45,047 nt of DNA. It comes from Bdellovibrionota bacterium. Its GTDB lineage: Bacteria > Bdellovibrionota > UBA1018 > UBA923. The notes under the pieces are model-generated. The model made no database searches, was not told the DNA's origin, and saw nothing but the letters and a program-made list of their open reading frames with translations. The stretch covers positions 1 to 45,047 of the forward strand of contig JBFMCE010000017.1 in NCBI GenBank assembly GCA_040754655.1. The letters are read 5' to 3'. Both the position numbers and the translations under genes were made by a program. This document shows, in pieces, positions 1 through 8,889 of the stretch; the stretch's first letter is position 1; each line of letters starts with the position of its first letter.

Positions 1-335
1 GAAAAGATATTTCCCATCCAGAAGTTCATCGTGACCGGCAGCTCTATGCCCTTCTGAAGAATTTCCGAGCTCCTTTGCCTACCTCTAGAGTCGGTAGTCG
101 TGAGCCCGTAGCGACGCTGCAAAAAGAGCGCGCCAAACTCCACTCCTAATGAGGAAGTCAGGGGGGCTTCGAGCAAAGCGCCAGCACCCAGACCCAGTTT
201 TGCCTCATATTCGTTTCGAGTGTGCTCGGGATCGGAAAAACTTCCCGCCCCAACCAGGGCGAACTTGAACGCCCAAGACGGGCTCGCTTGAACGAGCAAG
301 GCAGCGCATGCGAGCAGAACGGCATTTTTCTTCAT
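1..335 (-). CDS. Outer-membrane beta-barrel (porin-like) protein, runs off the window edge (C-terminus missing)
   Basis: Not in the ORF track. Manual translation from ATG at 335: MKKNAVLLACAALLVQASPSWA-FKFALVGAG...LGLGAGALLE...LGVEFGALFLQRRY...IELPVTMNFW. Signal peptide plus alternating beta-strand pattern; open to position 1. Confidence 0.7.
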   Translation of the reverse strand, partial: MKKNAVLLACAALLVQASPSWAFKFALVGAGSFSDPEHTRNEYEAKLGLGAGALLEAPLTSSLGVEFGALFLQRRYGLTTTDSRGRQRSSEILQKGIELPVTMNFWMGNIF

Positions 336-449
336 AATTGTAAAACCGTGAGGCGTCTGCACGGCACCGGTAAAGCGCCTTGTTCCTCTCTCATCCCTTA
401 TAAATTTATTTGATTTATATGCCACAAAACAGGATATTATTAAACAGTT

Positions 450-1385
450 TTAATCAGGTTTTTTCGTCGAGAGGGTCTTTTCACGCACGGAGCCGGGTCG
501 AAAGTAAGAAAGCCCACTGAAAAGACCGGAAAAGCCCTTGAAGGCGATCTCCGGATTAGCGTTTTTCAGGGCTTTCCCCAAAACATACGCTGCACCGAAA
601 ACAGCGTAAACCGGCAGTCCAATGGGTTTCATATGGAGGCTGTTGAGAAGTCCGTAATTGCGCATATACCAGTAGGTGTGTCGGGCCTTGTCCGTAACAC
701 GATTGCCGCCGGCCCCTTCTTGCAAATGCACAAGACAAACCTCGGGCCGATACAGAATTTTCTTGCCCTGCCGAATGAGGCGTAAAGCGAGATCAGCGCC
801 CTCAAAATAGGCATTGCCCTTGAATTCTTCGTTGAATCCCCCGATCTCCTTAAGGTCTTTCGCTATGATCGAGAAATTGCACTCATGGATGTGGTCTACA
901 TACGCGCTTTCAGAACCCACGAAATTGCCAGAAACTCTTCCGAGCCAACGGTTGTATGAAGCCCGACGGCCCATGACCTTCATCTCTTCCGGCGTATAGC
1001 CATCTTTGGGTTGGATGACCCTGCCTGCAACCGCGCTAACGGGGCCTTTCGCGTCTCTGAATGCGGTCACATGGCGCTTTAGGAAATCTACTTCCACCCG
1101 AACATCGTCATCCACGAACACCAGCACTTCGGCCTGGGTTCGCAGAATCGCATGGTTTCTTCCCGCATGCGAGCCAAGTGGCGGCATCACCTCATGATGA
1201 AGTTTGATTCGCGTTCCCAGTTCTTCTTGAAGGTTTTTCAAGGGAACATCGTTTTGATCAACGACCCAAACTTCGAAATTAGAGTAGTCTTGCGTTTTGA
1301 GATCACGAAGCGTCTGACGTAAACAGCCGTCTCTGCCTCGGGTGGGAATAATGACCGCAAGCCTTGGGTTGTCTAACATTATCAT
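450..1385 (-). CDS. Glycosyltransferase family 2
   Basis: VIIPT N-terminal strand, VVDQ, GRNHAI, FVDDD (DxD) motif, IGGFNEEF...EGADL. Confidence 0.9.
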   Translation of the reverse strand: MIMLDNPRLAVIIPTRGRDGCLRQTLRDLKTQDYSNFEVWVVDQNDVPLKNLQEELGTRIKLHHEVMPPLGSHAGRNHAILRTQAEVLVFVDDDVRVEVDFLKRHVTAFRDAKGPVSAVAGRVIQPKDGYTPEEMKVMGRRASYNRWLGRVSGNFVGSESAYVDHIHECNFSIIAKDLKEIGGFNEEFKGNAYFEGADLALRLIRQGKKILYRPEVCLVHLQEGAGGNRVTDKARHTYWYMRNYGLLNSLHMKPIGLPVYAVFGAAYVLGKALKNANPEIAFKGFSGLFSGLSYFRPGSVREKTLSTKKPD

Positions 1386-1391
1386 CTCATA

Positions 1392-1439
1392 AAAACAAAA
1401 AGGCCGAGTACCTTAAGTCAAGGTGCCTCGGCCCTTTTT
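1392..1439 (-). terminator. Rho-independent terminator after the HU-like gene
   Basis: Minus strand reads GGCCGAG-GCACCTT-gact-TAAGGTAC-TCGGCC followed by TTTTTGTTTTT; a T-run also follows on the plus strand. Confidence 0.7.
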
Positions 1440-1458
1440 CAGAATTTGCCCTGGCAAA

Positions 1459-1806
1459 TCACCAGTTGCTTTTCTTAGCGTAAACCTCTTTCACGCTCTT
1501 TGGGAATGACCAGCGTGGTTTCTTGCTAGCAGGACGAGCTTTGATCGTCATCGGCTCGCCGGTGAAAGGATTGGTGCCTTTACCAGCTTTTCTAGCTTTA
1601 ACATCTTTGCGCGCAAGCACTCCGATGACCGGAAATCGAACGCGCTCTCCGCCTGCAGCTGCCTTAACGCCAGCAACGAATGCGTCTTCCAGAGTCTTCT
1701 TAAGATCAGATCTCTTCAAACGAGCTTCCCCAGCGCGAGTGATGCTCACGCTCTTCATCAAACGGGTGTGCAATTCATCAATAAATGAAAACTTCTTCTT
1801 AGCCAT
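1459..1806 (-). CDS. HU/IHF family DNA-binding protein with atypical N-terminus
   Basis: ERVRFPVIGVL...ARKGTNPFTGEPMTIKARPASKKPRW arm motif; highly basic; strong SD (AGGAGGAG). Confidence 0.85.
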   Translation of the reverse strand: MAKKKFSFIDELHTRLMKSVSITRAGEARLKRSDLKKTLEDAFVAGVKAAAGGERVRFPVIGVLARKDVKARKAGKGTNPFTGEPMTIKARPASKKPRWSFPKSVKEVYAKKSNW

Positions 1807-1864
1807 GTCTCCTCCTGTATTTCAAAATCTAAACGGATACGACCGGTAGATTGTATTTTTCAAA

Positions 1865-1893
1865 AATGTGCTGCGTATGCTTGGAAGTGTCAA
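1865..1893 (-). promoter_or_regulatory. Putative sigma70 promoter of the HU-like gene
   Basis: TTGACA-17 nt-CACATT on the minus strand in an AT-rich intergenic region. Confidence 0.45.
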
Positions 1894-1940
1894 GCATTAT
1901 AGCGGGTTTTTCGCTATTTTTTGCTCATATTTAAATATTT

Positions 1941-3107
1941 CTAAATGCGCTCGAATGCACCTGCGCGTTGCCGCAACATTTCGAGAAAGAGCGCAATGTC
2001 TTTAGCGCGCGTCTTCCAAGAATGCATTCGGGCCCATGAAAGATTCTTCAACCTTCTCTGAAGGCTCGCCTCGTCATTTTCACTCAACGCCTGGCTCATT
2101 GAAGATAAAGCCTTTGGTTCGCCGGCGATCCAGCTCTTGGCCAAAACCTGATGAGCCCCGCTTCGCGCAATTTGAAACGCTTCTGAGTATTGGCCCGTGG
2201 TGGTCCAGATATTCGCCCCGCAAGAAGCCGCAGACAAGAACGAGGATCTTCTTTCCGAAACCCCCGCCTCATAGGGAAGCGCCACAAGATCCGCCGATAA
2301 AACCATGCTTTTGTAAATCTCATCTGAAGGAGAATCTATAAACGCGATGCGCGACCCCAAATGAGACTTCAGTTGACCGAGCACACGTTCAGCGAACTCA
2401 CGGTCTCGGAGTTTAGGACCAAATCCCCCCATGACGATCAGCACGCTCTCTTGCGGCATGTAAGGAATCATCGCGTGAAGACGATCGACTCCCTTGCCAG
2501 GCGTCAGCAAGCCAGGCTGCAATAACCACTTCGACTGAGCCGGAAGATTCAGCTCTTGGGACATCTGCGCGCGAACGCCTAGCCTTTTCTCAATGAGCTT
2601 TTTCGTGCAAAGAACTGCATCCTCGCACTCAACGAGATCTTTGTAAAACAGCGTCGGCCCAAGACGGCTCCTGAGCACGTTCGGAGTCCACGAAAGAGCT
2701 CCTTCATAGTCGGTCTTCGTATTCGCGATCGCGCCGTGACTTATTTTCAAGATCGCGCCCTGCCTCAACCTCCAATGCGTCGGGGCTTCAGAGTATTCAT
2801 GCACAATCGAAATGAACTTGGCTCGAGGGAATTTCAATCTCAACTTAAGGGCGCTTAAAATCGCATTCCACGGGCGGATTCGGTCATGAAGCGCCGGAGC
2901 GTGAAAAAATATCGCGTCCGGCGGGGAAACTCCCCTCGTCACCGGGTAGTGATCACTTTCATCGGGTTCTAATACTGAAAGAGATGAAAACAATCCTTGA
3001 TAAGCATTCGCCTCAGCCCTGGCAAACGCGCCGATAGAGCAAACCCGGTCATGCCGAGAACCCACCGCGACCAAGATATGAAAAGGCCAGGCCGAGTTTG
3101 AACTCAT
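1941..3107 (-). CDS. Glycosyltransferase, GT-B fold (GT4-like)
   Basis: IVHEY, PGLLTPGKGV, ADLVALPY and SSFLSAASCG motifs typical of GT4-like enzymes. Confidence 0.75.
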   Translation of the reverse strand: MSSNSAWPFHILVAVGSRHDRVCSIGAFARAEANAYQGLFSSLSVLEPDESDHYPVTRGVSPPDAIFFHAPALHDRIRPWNAILSALKLRLKFPRAKFISIVHEYSEAPTHWRLRQGAILKISHGAIANTKTDYEGALSWTPNVLRSRLGPTLFYKDLVECEDAVLCTKKLIEKRLGVRAQMSQELNLPAQSKWLLQPGLLTPGKGVDRLHAMIPYMPQESVLIVMGGFGPKLRDREFAERVLGQLKSHLGSRIAFIDSPSDEIYKSMVLSADLVALPYEAGVSERRSSFLSAASCGANIWTTTGQYSEAFQIARSGAHQVLAKSWIAGEPKALSSMSQALSENDEASLQRRLKNLSWARMHSWKTRAKDIALFLEMLRQRAGAFERI

Positions 3108-3110
3108 CGC

Positions 3111-4148
3111 TTAGAGGTAATGGTTCAGGTTCTCGCGGTAGAACTCAAACGTGCGGTCAAGTCCTTCGCCGAATTCAACGCTTGGTTTCCAATTCAGCGC
3201 CTCGTTTGCCGCCTGGCAATCTGCCACGAAATCACCTGTCTCAATCGAAGCTCTCTCGGGCGGCCAAGGCACCATCTCCAAAAGCGAGCCGGCCTTCGCA
3301 ACGACTTTCTTCGCGCAATCTACGAACCGGATGCCTTTTCCAGAACTGATATTGAAGACTGCGAAGGGAATCTTTGTCCCAGCCAATTGGGCGCGAGTCG
3401 ACTGGGCTTGCCCTGAACCCATCTTCGAAGCAAATTCCCCTGCTTTCAGAAACGCCTCCACTGCATCATCGATATAAAGATAATCGCGCAGCTGCTCTCC
3501 GGTGCCAAAAACCTTCACCGGCTTATCTTGGAGCGCTAAGCTGATGAACCAATTCAAGATCCCGTACTTCCCGCTCTTCATCTGATGATAAGGACCAAAG
3601 CAGTTGGTTAAGCGCAATGATACGAAAGGCACTTGATGAACCCTGGCGAAAACAGAGCCGTACAATTCTGCGGCCAGCTTGTTCACTCCATAGATGTCAG
3701 TTGGATTCGGTAGTGTCGATTCGGTCGCAGGCAATTGCAAAGGAGCACCGATCATTGCGCGCGTCCCAGCGTAAACGACTACAGGGCGTTTGGGAGACTG
3801 CCTAACCGCTTCGAGAACCGATAGAGTTCCCCGGCAATTGTAATCAATATCGAGCCACGGATCGATCATGCTATCAACGTGCGAGCACTGCGCGGCGATG
3901 TGAAAGACAATGTCCGCCTGGCCGACAAGCTCTCTCATGAGATCTCGGTCCGTGACATCGCCTCGAACCAAACGAATCTGATCCTTTACTCTCTCAAGAT
4001 TGTATTCATTTCCGCCGTAGTCGGGGTGGAAGTTATCCACCACCGTGACAAGAGCCTCTTGACGCACCAAGCGGTGAATCAAATTGCTGCCTACGAAACC
4101 TGCCCCACCTGTGACCAGTACGCTTCGCTTCTTGTAATATTCGCTCAT
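3111..4148 (-). CDS. NAD-dependent epimerase/dehydratase (extended SDR)
   Basis: VTGGAGFVGS, YGVNK (YxxxK), LRDYLYIDD; start placed at ATG 4148 after GAGG SD. Confidence 0.92.
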   Translation of the reverse strand: MSEYYKKRSVLVTGGAGFVGSNLIHRLVRQEALVTVVDNFHPDYGGNEYNLERVKDQIRLVRGDVTDRDLMRELVGQADIVFHIAAQCSHVDSMIDPWLDIDYNCRGTLSVLEAVRQSPKRPVVVYAGTRAMIGAPLQLPATESTLPNPTDIYGVNKLAAELYGSVFARVHQVPFVSLRLTNCFGPYHQMKSGKYGILNWFISLALQDKPVKVFGTGEQLRDYLYIDDAVEAFLKAGEFASKMGSGQAQSTRAQLAGTKIPFAVFNISSGKGIRFVDCAKKVVAKAGSLLEMVPWPPERASIETGDFVADCQAANEALNWKPSVEFGEGLDRTFEFYRENLNHYL

Positions 4149-4195
4149 GACTTCTACCTCTACCACAGACCTGGTCGATGATATAGAGTTATGGA

Positions 4196-5233
4196 ATGCG
4201 TGCGCAGGTCGTTCTTATTAAAATCGCCGCCATAGGTGATGTCGCTTTGGCGTGCCGAGCCCTCTCGAAGTTTCATGAAAACTTTGAAGACGTGGCCGAC
4301 TTTCATTGGGTCATCGATCAAACCCTCATCCCTCTAGCCCGTAGCTTGACCAAACACCTTGGCATTGAAGCGCAGATAAATTGGATCCCAATAGACGGCC
4401 GCAGCCTTTTGCGAGGGAGCTTAACGGAAAAAGTTCAGGCAGCGGCGGGGCTCTATAGGACGATCAAGGAAACAGGTCCTTCCCAAGTTGTTTTACTGCA
4501 TCGAGATTGGCGTTATCGCGTGCTCACAAGATTAAGTGGCAAGGCAGATCTCATTGCCATCGATAGAAAAGCAAGTCATGAGCTTGAAATCTATGACGAA
4601 GCTTTTAGAAAACTAGCGCTCCTTTTAGATCCACCGCGCAGGTCTAAGGCGACCTCTGCGATGAAACCTTCGGTGCAATCGCGCAGGATGGGAGTGCTGA
4701 TCGGAGGCGCTCAGAACCAGAAGACGTCGTTTCTTGAAAAACGATGGCCGGAAGAGCATCTCATCGATTTCCTGAAAAAAGTCTTGGCCGCAGGCAAATA
4801 CGAGTTGGTTTTATTCGGCGGAAAAGAAGACACGCAAACCGGTCGGCGCATCACAGGCCTGTTGCCGACTTCATCCTCTATTAAAAACCTTGTCGGCAGC
4901 CTTCCGCTTGAAAAGCTGCCCGAGGAACTTTCAAAACTTGAGCTCTTTGTCAGCATAGATTCCGGACTCGCGCATATCGCATCGGCCGTGATGACGGAAG
5001 CCAGTCAAAAGGTCTTCACGCTCTTTGGACCAACTGATCCCAAAACGTGGCGCCCGATCGCGAATGGGGCGGCTAAAGCCCATTTGTTGTATAAATCGAA
5101 AGCCTGCTCTCCGTGTTATTTGAACGACGGGAATTTTTCCCGGTGCAAGTTCACCGGGAGCGATTTTCAGAACTGCATGAAAGACATCCTCCCAGAGGAG
5201 GTCTTTGATCTCGTCCGCAGAGAGACCTCATGA
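4196..5233 (+). CDS. Glycosyltransferase family 9 (LPS heptosyltransferase-like)
   Basis: AAIGDV, EKRWP, SIDSGLAHIASA, LFGPTDP and C-terminal Cys cluster (CSPC...C...CM). Confidence 0.9.
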   Translation: MRAQVVLIKIAAIGDVALACRALSKFHENFEDVADFHWVIDQTLIPLARSLTKHLGIEAQINWIPIDGRSLLRGSLTEKVQAAAGLYRTIKETGPSQVVLLHRDWRYRVLTRLSGKADLIAIDRKASHELEIYDEAFRKLALLLDPPRRSKATSAMKPSVQSRRMGVLIGGAQNQKTSFLEKRWPEEHLIDFLKKVLAAGKYELVLFGGKEDTQTGRRITGLLPTSSSIKNLVGSLPLEKLPEELSKLELFVSIDSGLAHIASAVMTEASQKVFTLFGPTDPKTWRPIANGAAKAHLLYKSKACSPCYLNDGNFSRCKFTGSDFQNCMKDILPEEVFDLVRRETS

Positions 5234-6319
5234 AGCGATGGCTTTGGCTCCTTTGATTCCTGGTCCCAGGGATTCGTATCGAATGCGCCGCCAATCAATC
5301 GAGTACTTTTTGATTTTATCGGTCAACGATACCTTGTTCAGCCCTATTCTTCGGCTTGTAAGGTTGATCTGCCCTCCGCACATGCGCAGCACTTGCTCTA
5401 GATAAGCTTTCTCGAAAGCATCTTTTGAGTCATGAAAATCAAGCGTGAATGGAAGCTCCAAACAACCCACGGCCGACCCCGTCAACGAGAATTGCGTTTG
5501 AAATTCAGGCTCCTCTTCGTCACGAGGAGCGTGTTCTTTCGGCTTCAAAACCGTTTCTCTCGCGTAATCTTGGATGTAAAACGGAAGCGATGCCAATGTG
5601 ATGACTTGGCTTTTCTCCATGGCAACCGCAAATTCAATGGTGTTCTCAAGCTCTCGTATGTTTCCTGACCAACCGTAGTGGCGAAAAACCTGTTCGACTT
5701 CCTTTGAAAACCCGTGAATCGACTTTTCGACCTTTTGAGTTCTGCTTTCGAGAAACTCGCGCGCAAGGCTCAGCACTGTTTGCGGGTTCATCGCGAGATC
5801 CGGAAGTTGCACATGAAAAACATTGAGTCGATGATAGAGATCGCGCCGAAACTCGCCTGCCTTCACGGCTGCCTCGAGGCTTCTGTTCGTAGCGGCGATG
5901 ATTCTCACGTCAAGCTCGATCTCTCGATTCGAGCCCACCGGGCTGATGCGTTTGTACTGGATGAAATCAAGAAGCTTCGCCTGCAACCTCAAAGACAGCT
6001 CGCCGATCTCATCTAAGAAAACCGTGCCTCCATTGCAGATCTCGAGCTTTCCGGTTCTGCGTGTATCCGCGCCCGTGAACGCGCCTCTTTCATGCCCAAA
6101 GAGTTCGGACTCAATCAAATTCTCGCTCAGAGTCGCAAGATTCACCTTGAACCAACGAGCCTTGCTTCGTCGCATGTTCGATCGATGCACAGAGTAAGCA
6201 AGATGTGATTTTCCTGTGCCGGTGTTTCCGGTGATGAGAAGCGTTGAATCCGCTTCATTTGAAGCTCTGACGACGGAAAGCAAACGATCGCTTAAGTTGT
6301 GCAATTGATCTTCGAACAT
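5228..6319 (-). CDS. Sigma54-dependent activator (AAA+ plus Fis HTH) without an N-terminal regulatory domain
   Basis: TGNTGTGKS Walker A at about residue 30, ESELFGHERGAFTGA, FLDEIG, FRRDLYHRL, WSGNIRELEN, C-terminal HTH. Confidence 0.92.
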   Translation of the reverse strand: MFEDQLHNLSDRLLSVVRASNEADSTLLITGNTGTGKSHLAYSVHRSNMRRSKARWFKVNLATLSENLIESELFGHERGAFTGADTRRTGKLEICNGGTVFLDEIGELSLRLQAKLLDFIQYKRISPVGSNREIELDVRIIAATNRSLEAAVKAGEFRRDLYHRLNVFHVQLPDLAMNPQTVLSLAREFLESRTQKVEKSIHGFSKEVEQVFRHYGWSGNIRELENTIEFAVAMEKSQVITLASLPFYIQDYARETVLKPKEHAPRDEEEPEFQTQFSLTGSAVGCLELPFTLDFHDSKDAFEKAYLEQVLRMCGGQINLTSRRIGLNKVSLTDKIKKYSIDWRRIRYESLGPGIKGAKAIAS

Positions 6320-6364
6320 AATGACCTCCGTAATTGTTTTCGCAATGTTAGGTTTGGCATTATG

Positions 6365-6380
6365 TGCAACTCACATGCCA
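6365..6380 (-). promoter_or_regulatory. Sigma54 (-24/-12) promoter of the regulatory-domain-less activator
   Basis: TGGCATGTGAGTTGCA on the minus strand: GG-N10-GC, close to consensus TGGCAC-N5-TTGCW, 45 bp upstream of the ATG. Confidence 0.75.
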
Positions 6381-6422
6381 CGAAGCATCAAGCATAAGTC
6401 ACATAAATCGATCGGATGGCGC

Positions 6423-6457
6423 GTTTGTTATTTCGAAACTTGTGCGAAATAACAAAC
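6423..6457. promoter_or_regulatory. Perfect 13-bp inverted repeat, putative upstream activator sequence
   Basis: GTTTGTTATTTCG-aaacttgtg-CGAAATAACAAAC; AT-rich with no U-tract; roughly 70-105 bp upstream of the predicted sigma54 start site. Confidence 0.55.
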
Positions 6458-6462
6458 AACTC

Positions 6463-7884
6463 TTACTGATGGATCTGGTGCGCGTGAAGCTTTGAATAAA
6501 GATGGCTTCTGCTGATTCTCAAAGTCTTGCTCATTTGAGAAATGTTCCCGCCATACTGTTTATAGAAACCATTGAGCACTTTTCCCTCGAGCCGATGCAT
6601 GTACTTATAGAAGTCCATGTTGGGATCTACGAATTCTTCAGCATCGATACTCTCGGGGGCTTGGTTTTCATCCGAAAGACGGCTCTCGCCAAGGCTTTCC
6701 GCCTGTCCAAAACTTGCTTCCCTGATTCGCGCGGGAAGATCTTCCGGGTTCACCAATTCTTGATCAGTCACCATGGTGCAAAGATTCGCGATGAGGTTCG
6801 AAAGCTCGCGCACGTTGCCGGGCCACTGATACTTTTGCAGCAAGTGCATGGCCGAATCAGAAAACCCCTTTGGGGAATTCTCGTAACGGAACGATTTAAG
6901 AAAGTGGCTTATAAGCAAGCCAAGGTCTTCTTTGCGCTCACGCAGCGGCGGAATTCTCAGCGAGATCACATTGAGGCGCTGATAAAGATCTTCTTTGAAC
7001 TTTCCTTCAGCGACAAGCTTCTCAAGGTCTTTGTTTGATGCGCAGATCACCCTGAAATTCAGCGGAATCACCTTTGTTGAGCCCAAGCGGGTGACTTCTT
7101 TCTCTTGGATGATGCGCAAAAGCTTGGCTTGTATCTCAAGGGGCATGTTCGAGATCTCGTCAAAATAAATCGTGCCCCCGTTTGCTTCCTCGAATAGACC
7201 TCGCGCCTGCGATTGCGCGCCAGTAAAAGCCCCTTTTTCATGCCCGAACAATATGCTCTCAGCCATCGAGCTTGTGATCGTGGCGCTGTCGACGGCGACA
7301 AACGGTTTGCGGTCATTGGCGCCGATGTGACGGGCTACCAACTCCTTCCCGCAACCCGTTTCAGCCGTGATGATCACATTGGCCATCGAGCGCCTTACTT
7401 TCTCGATGTCTTTCATGAGCTGCTGCACGGCGGCTGAGCTGCCCACGATCTGGTTTTTTTCGAGAATGCGTTTTCGATCACAAACGTAGTGGTTGTTCTC
7501 GTTCAAAAGCTGTCTCTTCTTGAGCACTGATTCTATCGTGATTTGAAGCTGCTCCGCGGAATGCTCTTTAATCAGGTAAGCGCTTGCTCCGAGTTGAATG
7601 GCTCTCCCGGCGAGATCGAGCTCTGTGTTTGAACTCACCATGATGACATCGACGTCGGGCTCGATCTCTTTCAAAATCGGAAGGTATTTCAAGCCTTCCT
7701 CGTGATACCTCATGTGGATATCGAGAAGGATGAGGTCGATTGAATGTCCTTGAAGCACTACTTTCGCTTCGTCTCCATTGTAGGCGCTTACGCACTCATA
7801 CCGGTCTCGAAGCATGTACTTCGCAGCCAAATGAATGTTTTGGTCATCATCAACAATCAAAATTTTTCTTTTACGGTCGGCCAT
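6463..7884 (-). CDS. NtrC-family sigma54 response regulator (REC-AAA+-HTH)
   Basis: KILIVDDD...LLDIHM receiver, AETGCGKE, FGHEKGAFTGA, FDEIS, WPGNVREL, Fis HTH; start ATG 7884 after GAGG SD. Confidence 0.93.
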   Translation of the reverse strand: MADRKRKILIVDDDQNIHLAAKYMLRDRYECVSAYNGDEAKVVLQGHSIDLILLDIHMRYHEEGLKYLPILKEIEPDVDVIMVSSNTELDLAGRAIQLGASAYLIKEHSAEQLQITIESVLKKRQLLNENNHYVCDRKRILEKNQIVGSSAAVQQLMKDIEKVRRSMANVIITAETGCGKELVARHIGANDRKPFVAVDSATITSSMAESILFGHEKGAFTGAQSQARGLFEEANGGTIYFDEISNMPLEIQAKLLRIIQEKEVTRLGSTKVIPLNFRVICASNKDLEKLVAEGKFKEDLYQRLNVISLRIPPLRERKEDLGLLISHFLKSFRYENSPKGFSDSAMHLLQKYQWPGNVRELSNLIANLCTMVTDQELVNPEDLPARIREASFGQAESLGESRLSDENQAPESIDAEEFVDPNMDFYKYMHRLEGKVLNGFYKQYGGNISQMSKTLRISRSHLYSKLHAHQIHQ

Positions 7885-7912
7885 TGCAATCACCTCAGTT
7901 CGTTCAGACCAA

Positions 7913-7928
7913 AGCAATCTACATGCCG
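7913..7928 (-). promoter_or_regulatory. Sigma54 (-24/-12) promoter of the NtrC-family regulator
   Basis: CGGCATGTAGATTGCT on the minus strand, GG-N10-GC, 28 bp upstream of the ATG. Confidence 0.7.
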
Positions 7929-8027
7929 CGGGACGTAAGCTGAAATCATTAGGTTTTTCATCTTTTCCTCGCAGAAATTCTATAATTTTTATACGCTCTG
8001 TTCGGAAAACAAGACAGTGAGGGTGTG

Positions 8028-8828
8028 ATGACTCATCGATTACAAACGTTTTTAACTCTTCTTCTTCTGTTGAGTTTCTCGGCATGCATGACCGTGCCCG
8101 TGAGTGGCCGTAAGGCCTTCAATTTGATTCCCGAAGGCATTGAAACCTCTCTAGGTGAACAATCGTTCAGTTCGGTCTTGTCAAAAGAGCGCGAATCGAA
8201 TGATCCAAGGCTCAATGCGATCGTAACCAGGGTGGGCCAGCGGATCGCCGCTGTAAGCGGGCGTTCAGATTACAATTGGGAATTCAAAGTCATCGACTCT
8301 AAAGAACAAAATGCTTTCTGTTTGCCCGGCGGGAAGATCGCCGTTTATAAAGGCATCTTAAGTGTCGCCAAAAATGAAGCGGGACTCGCTACAGTCATGT
8401 CGCATGAGGTGGTGCACGCCATCGCCCGCCACGGAGGTCAGCGAATTTCAGCCAATCTCGCTCTCGTAGGCGGCATGGTCGCGCTTGAAAATACCGCGCT
8501 CAAGAACAACCCAAACGGCTCTTACATCATGGCGGCCCTGGGACTGGGAACTCAGGTAGGACTTTTACTTCCCTACAGCAGGTCTCATGAAACTGAGGCA
8601 GATGAAATTGGGCAAGTGCTCATGGCCCAGGCAGGTTACGACCCGGCCGAAAGCATCCGGTTTTGGCAGCGCTTTTCAGAGGCAACAAAGGGCCAATCCG
8701 TTCCAACCTTTCTCTCAACCCACCCCTCGAGCCAGGGCCGTGCCGAGAATTTAAGGGAAAAACTTCCGGCGGCCCTGCAAGAATACCAGCGAGCACCAAA
8801 CCAATATAGTTTAGGGGAATCGATTTGA
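8028..8828 (+). CDS. M48 family zinc metallopeptidase lipoprotein (LoiP/Oma1-like)
   Basis: Lipobox FSAC, NAFCLPGG, HEVVH (HExxH), YSRSHETEAD, FLSTHP. Confidence 0.93.
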   Translation: MTHRLQTFLTLLLLLSFSACMTVPVSGRKAFNLIPEGIETSLGEQSFSSVLSKERESNDPRLNAIVTRVGQRIAAVSGRSDYNWEFKVIDSKEQNAFCLPGGKIAVYKGILSVAKNEAGLATVMSHEVVHAIARHGGQRISANLALVGGMVALENTALKNNPNGSYIMAALGLGTQVGLLLPYSRSHETEADEIGQVLMAQAGYDPAESIRFWQRFSEATKGQSVPTFLSTHPSSQGRAENLREKLPAALQEYQRAPNQYSLGESI

Positions 8829-8889
8829 GAGAAATCAAAAGCCCTATCGATTCTTGATCCTTTAGGTCAAGCTATGATAAGAGACGCCC

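Noticed and set aside
6354..6369. Plus-strand TTGGCATTATGTGCAA as a divergent sigma54 promoter
   Set aside because: GG-GC spacing is 8 and there is no plus-strand gene downstream.
7885..8085. N-terminal extension of the response regulator in the ORF track (also extensions at 12797-12841, 21482-21550, 34746-34823, 44637-44774)
   Set aside because: They overlap divergent genes or promoter motifs; downstream ATGs match family N-termini.
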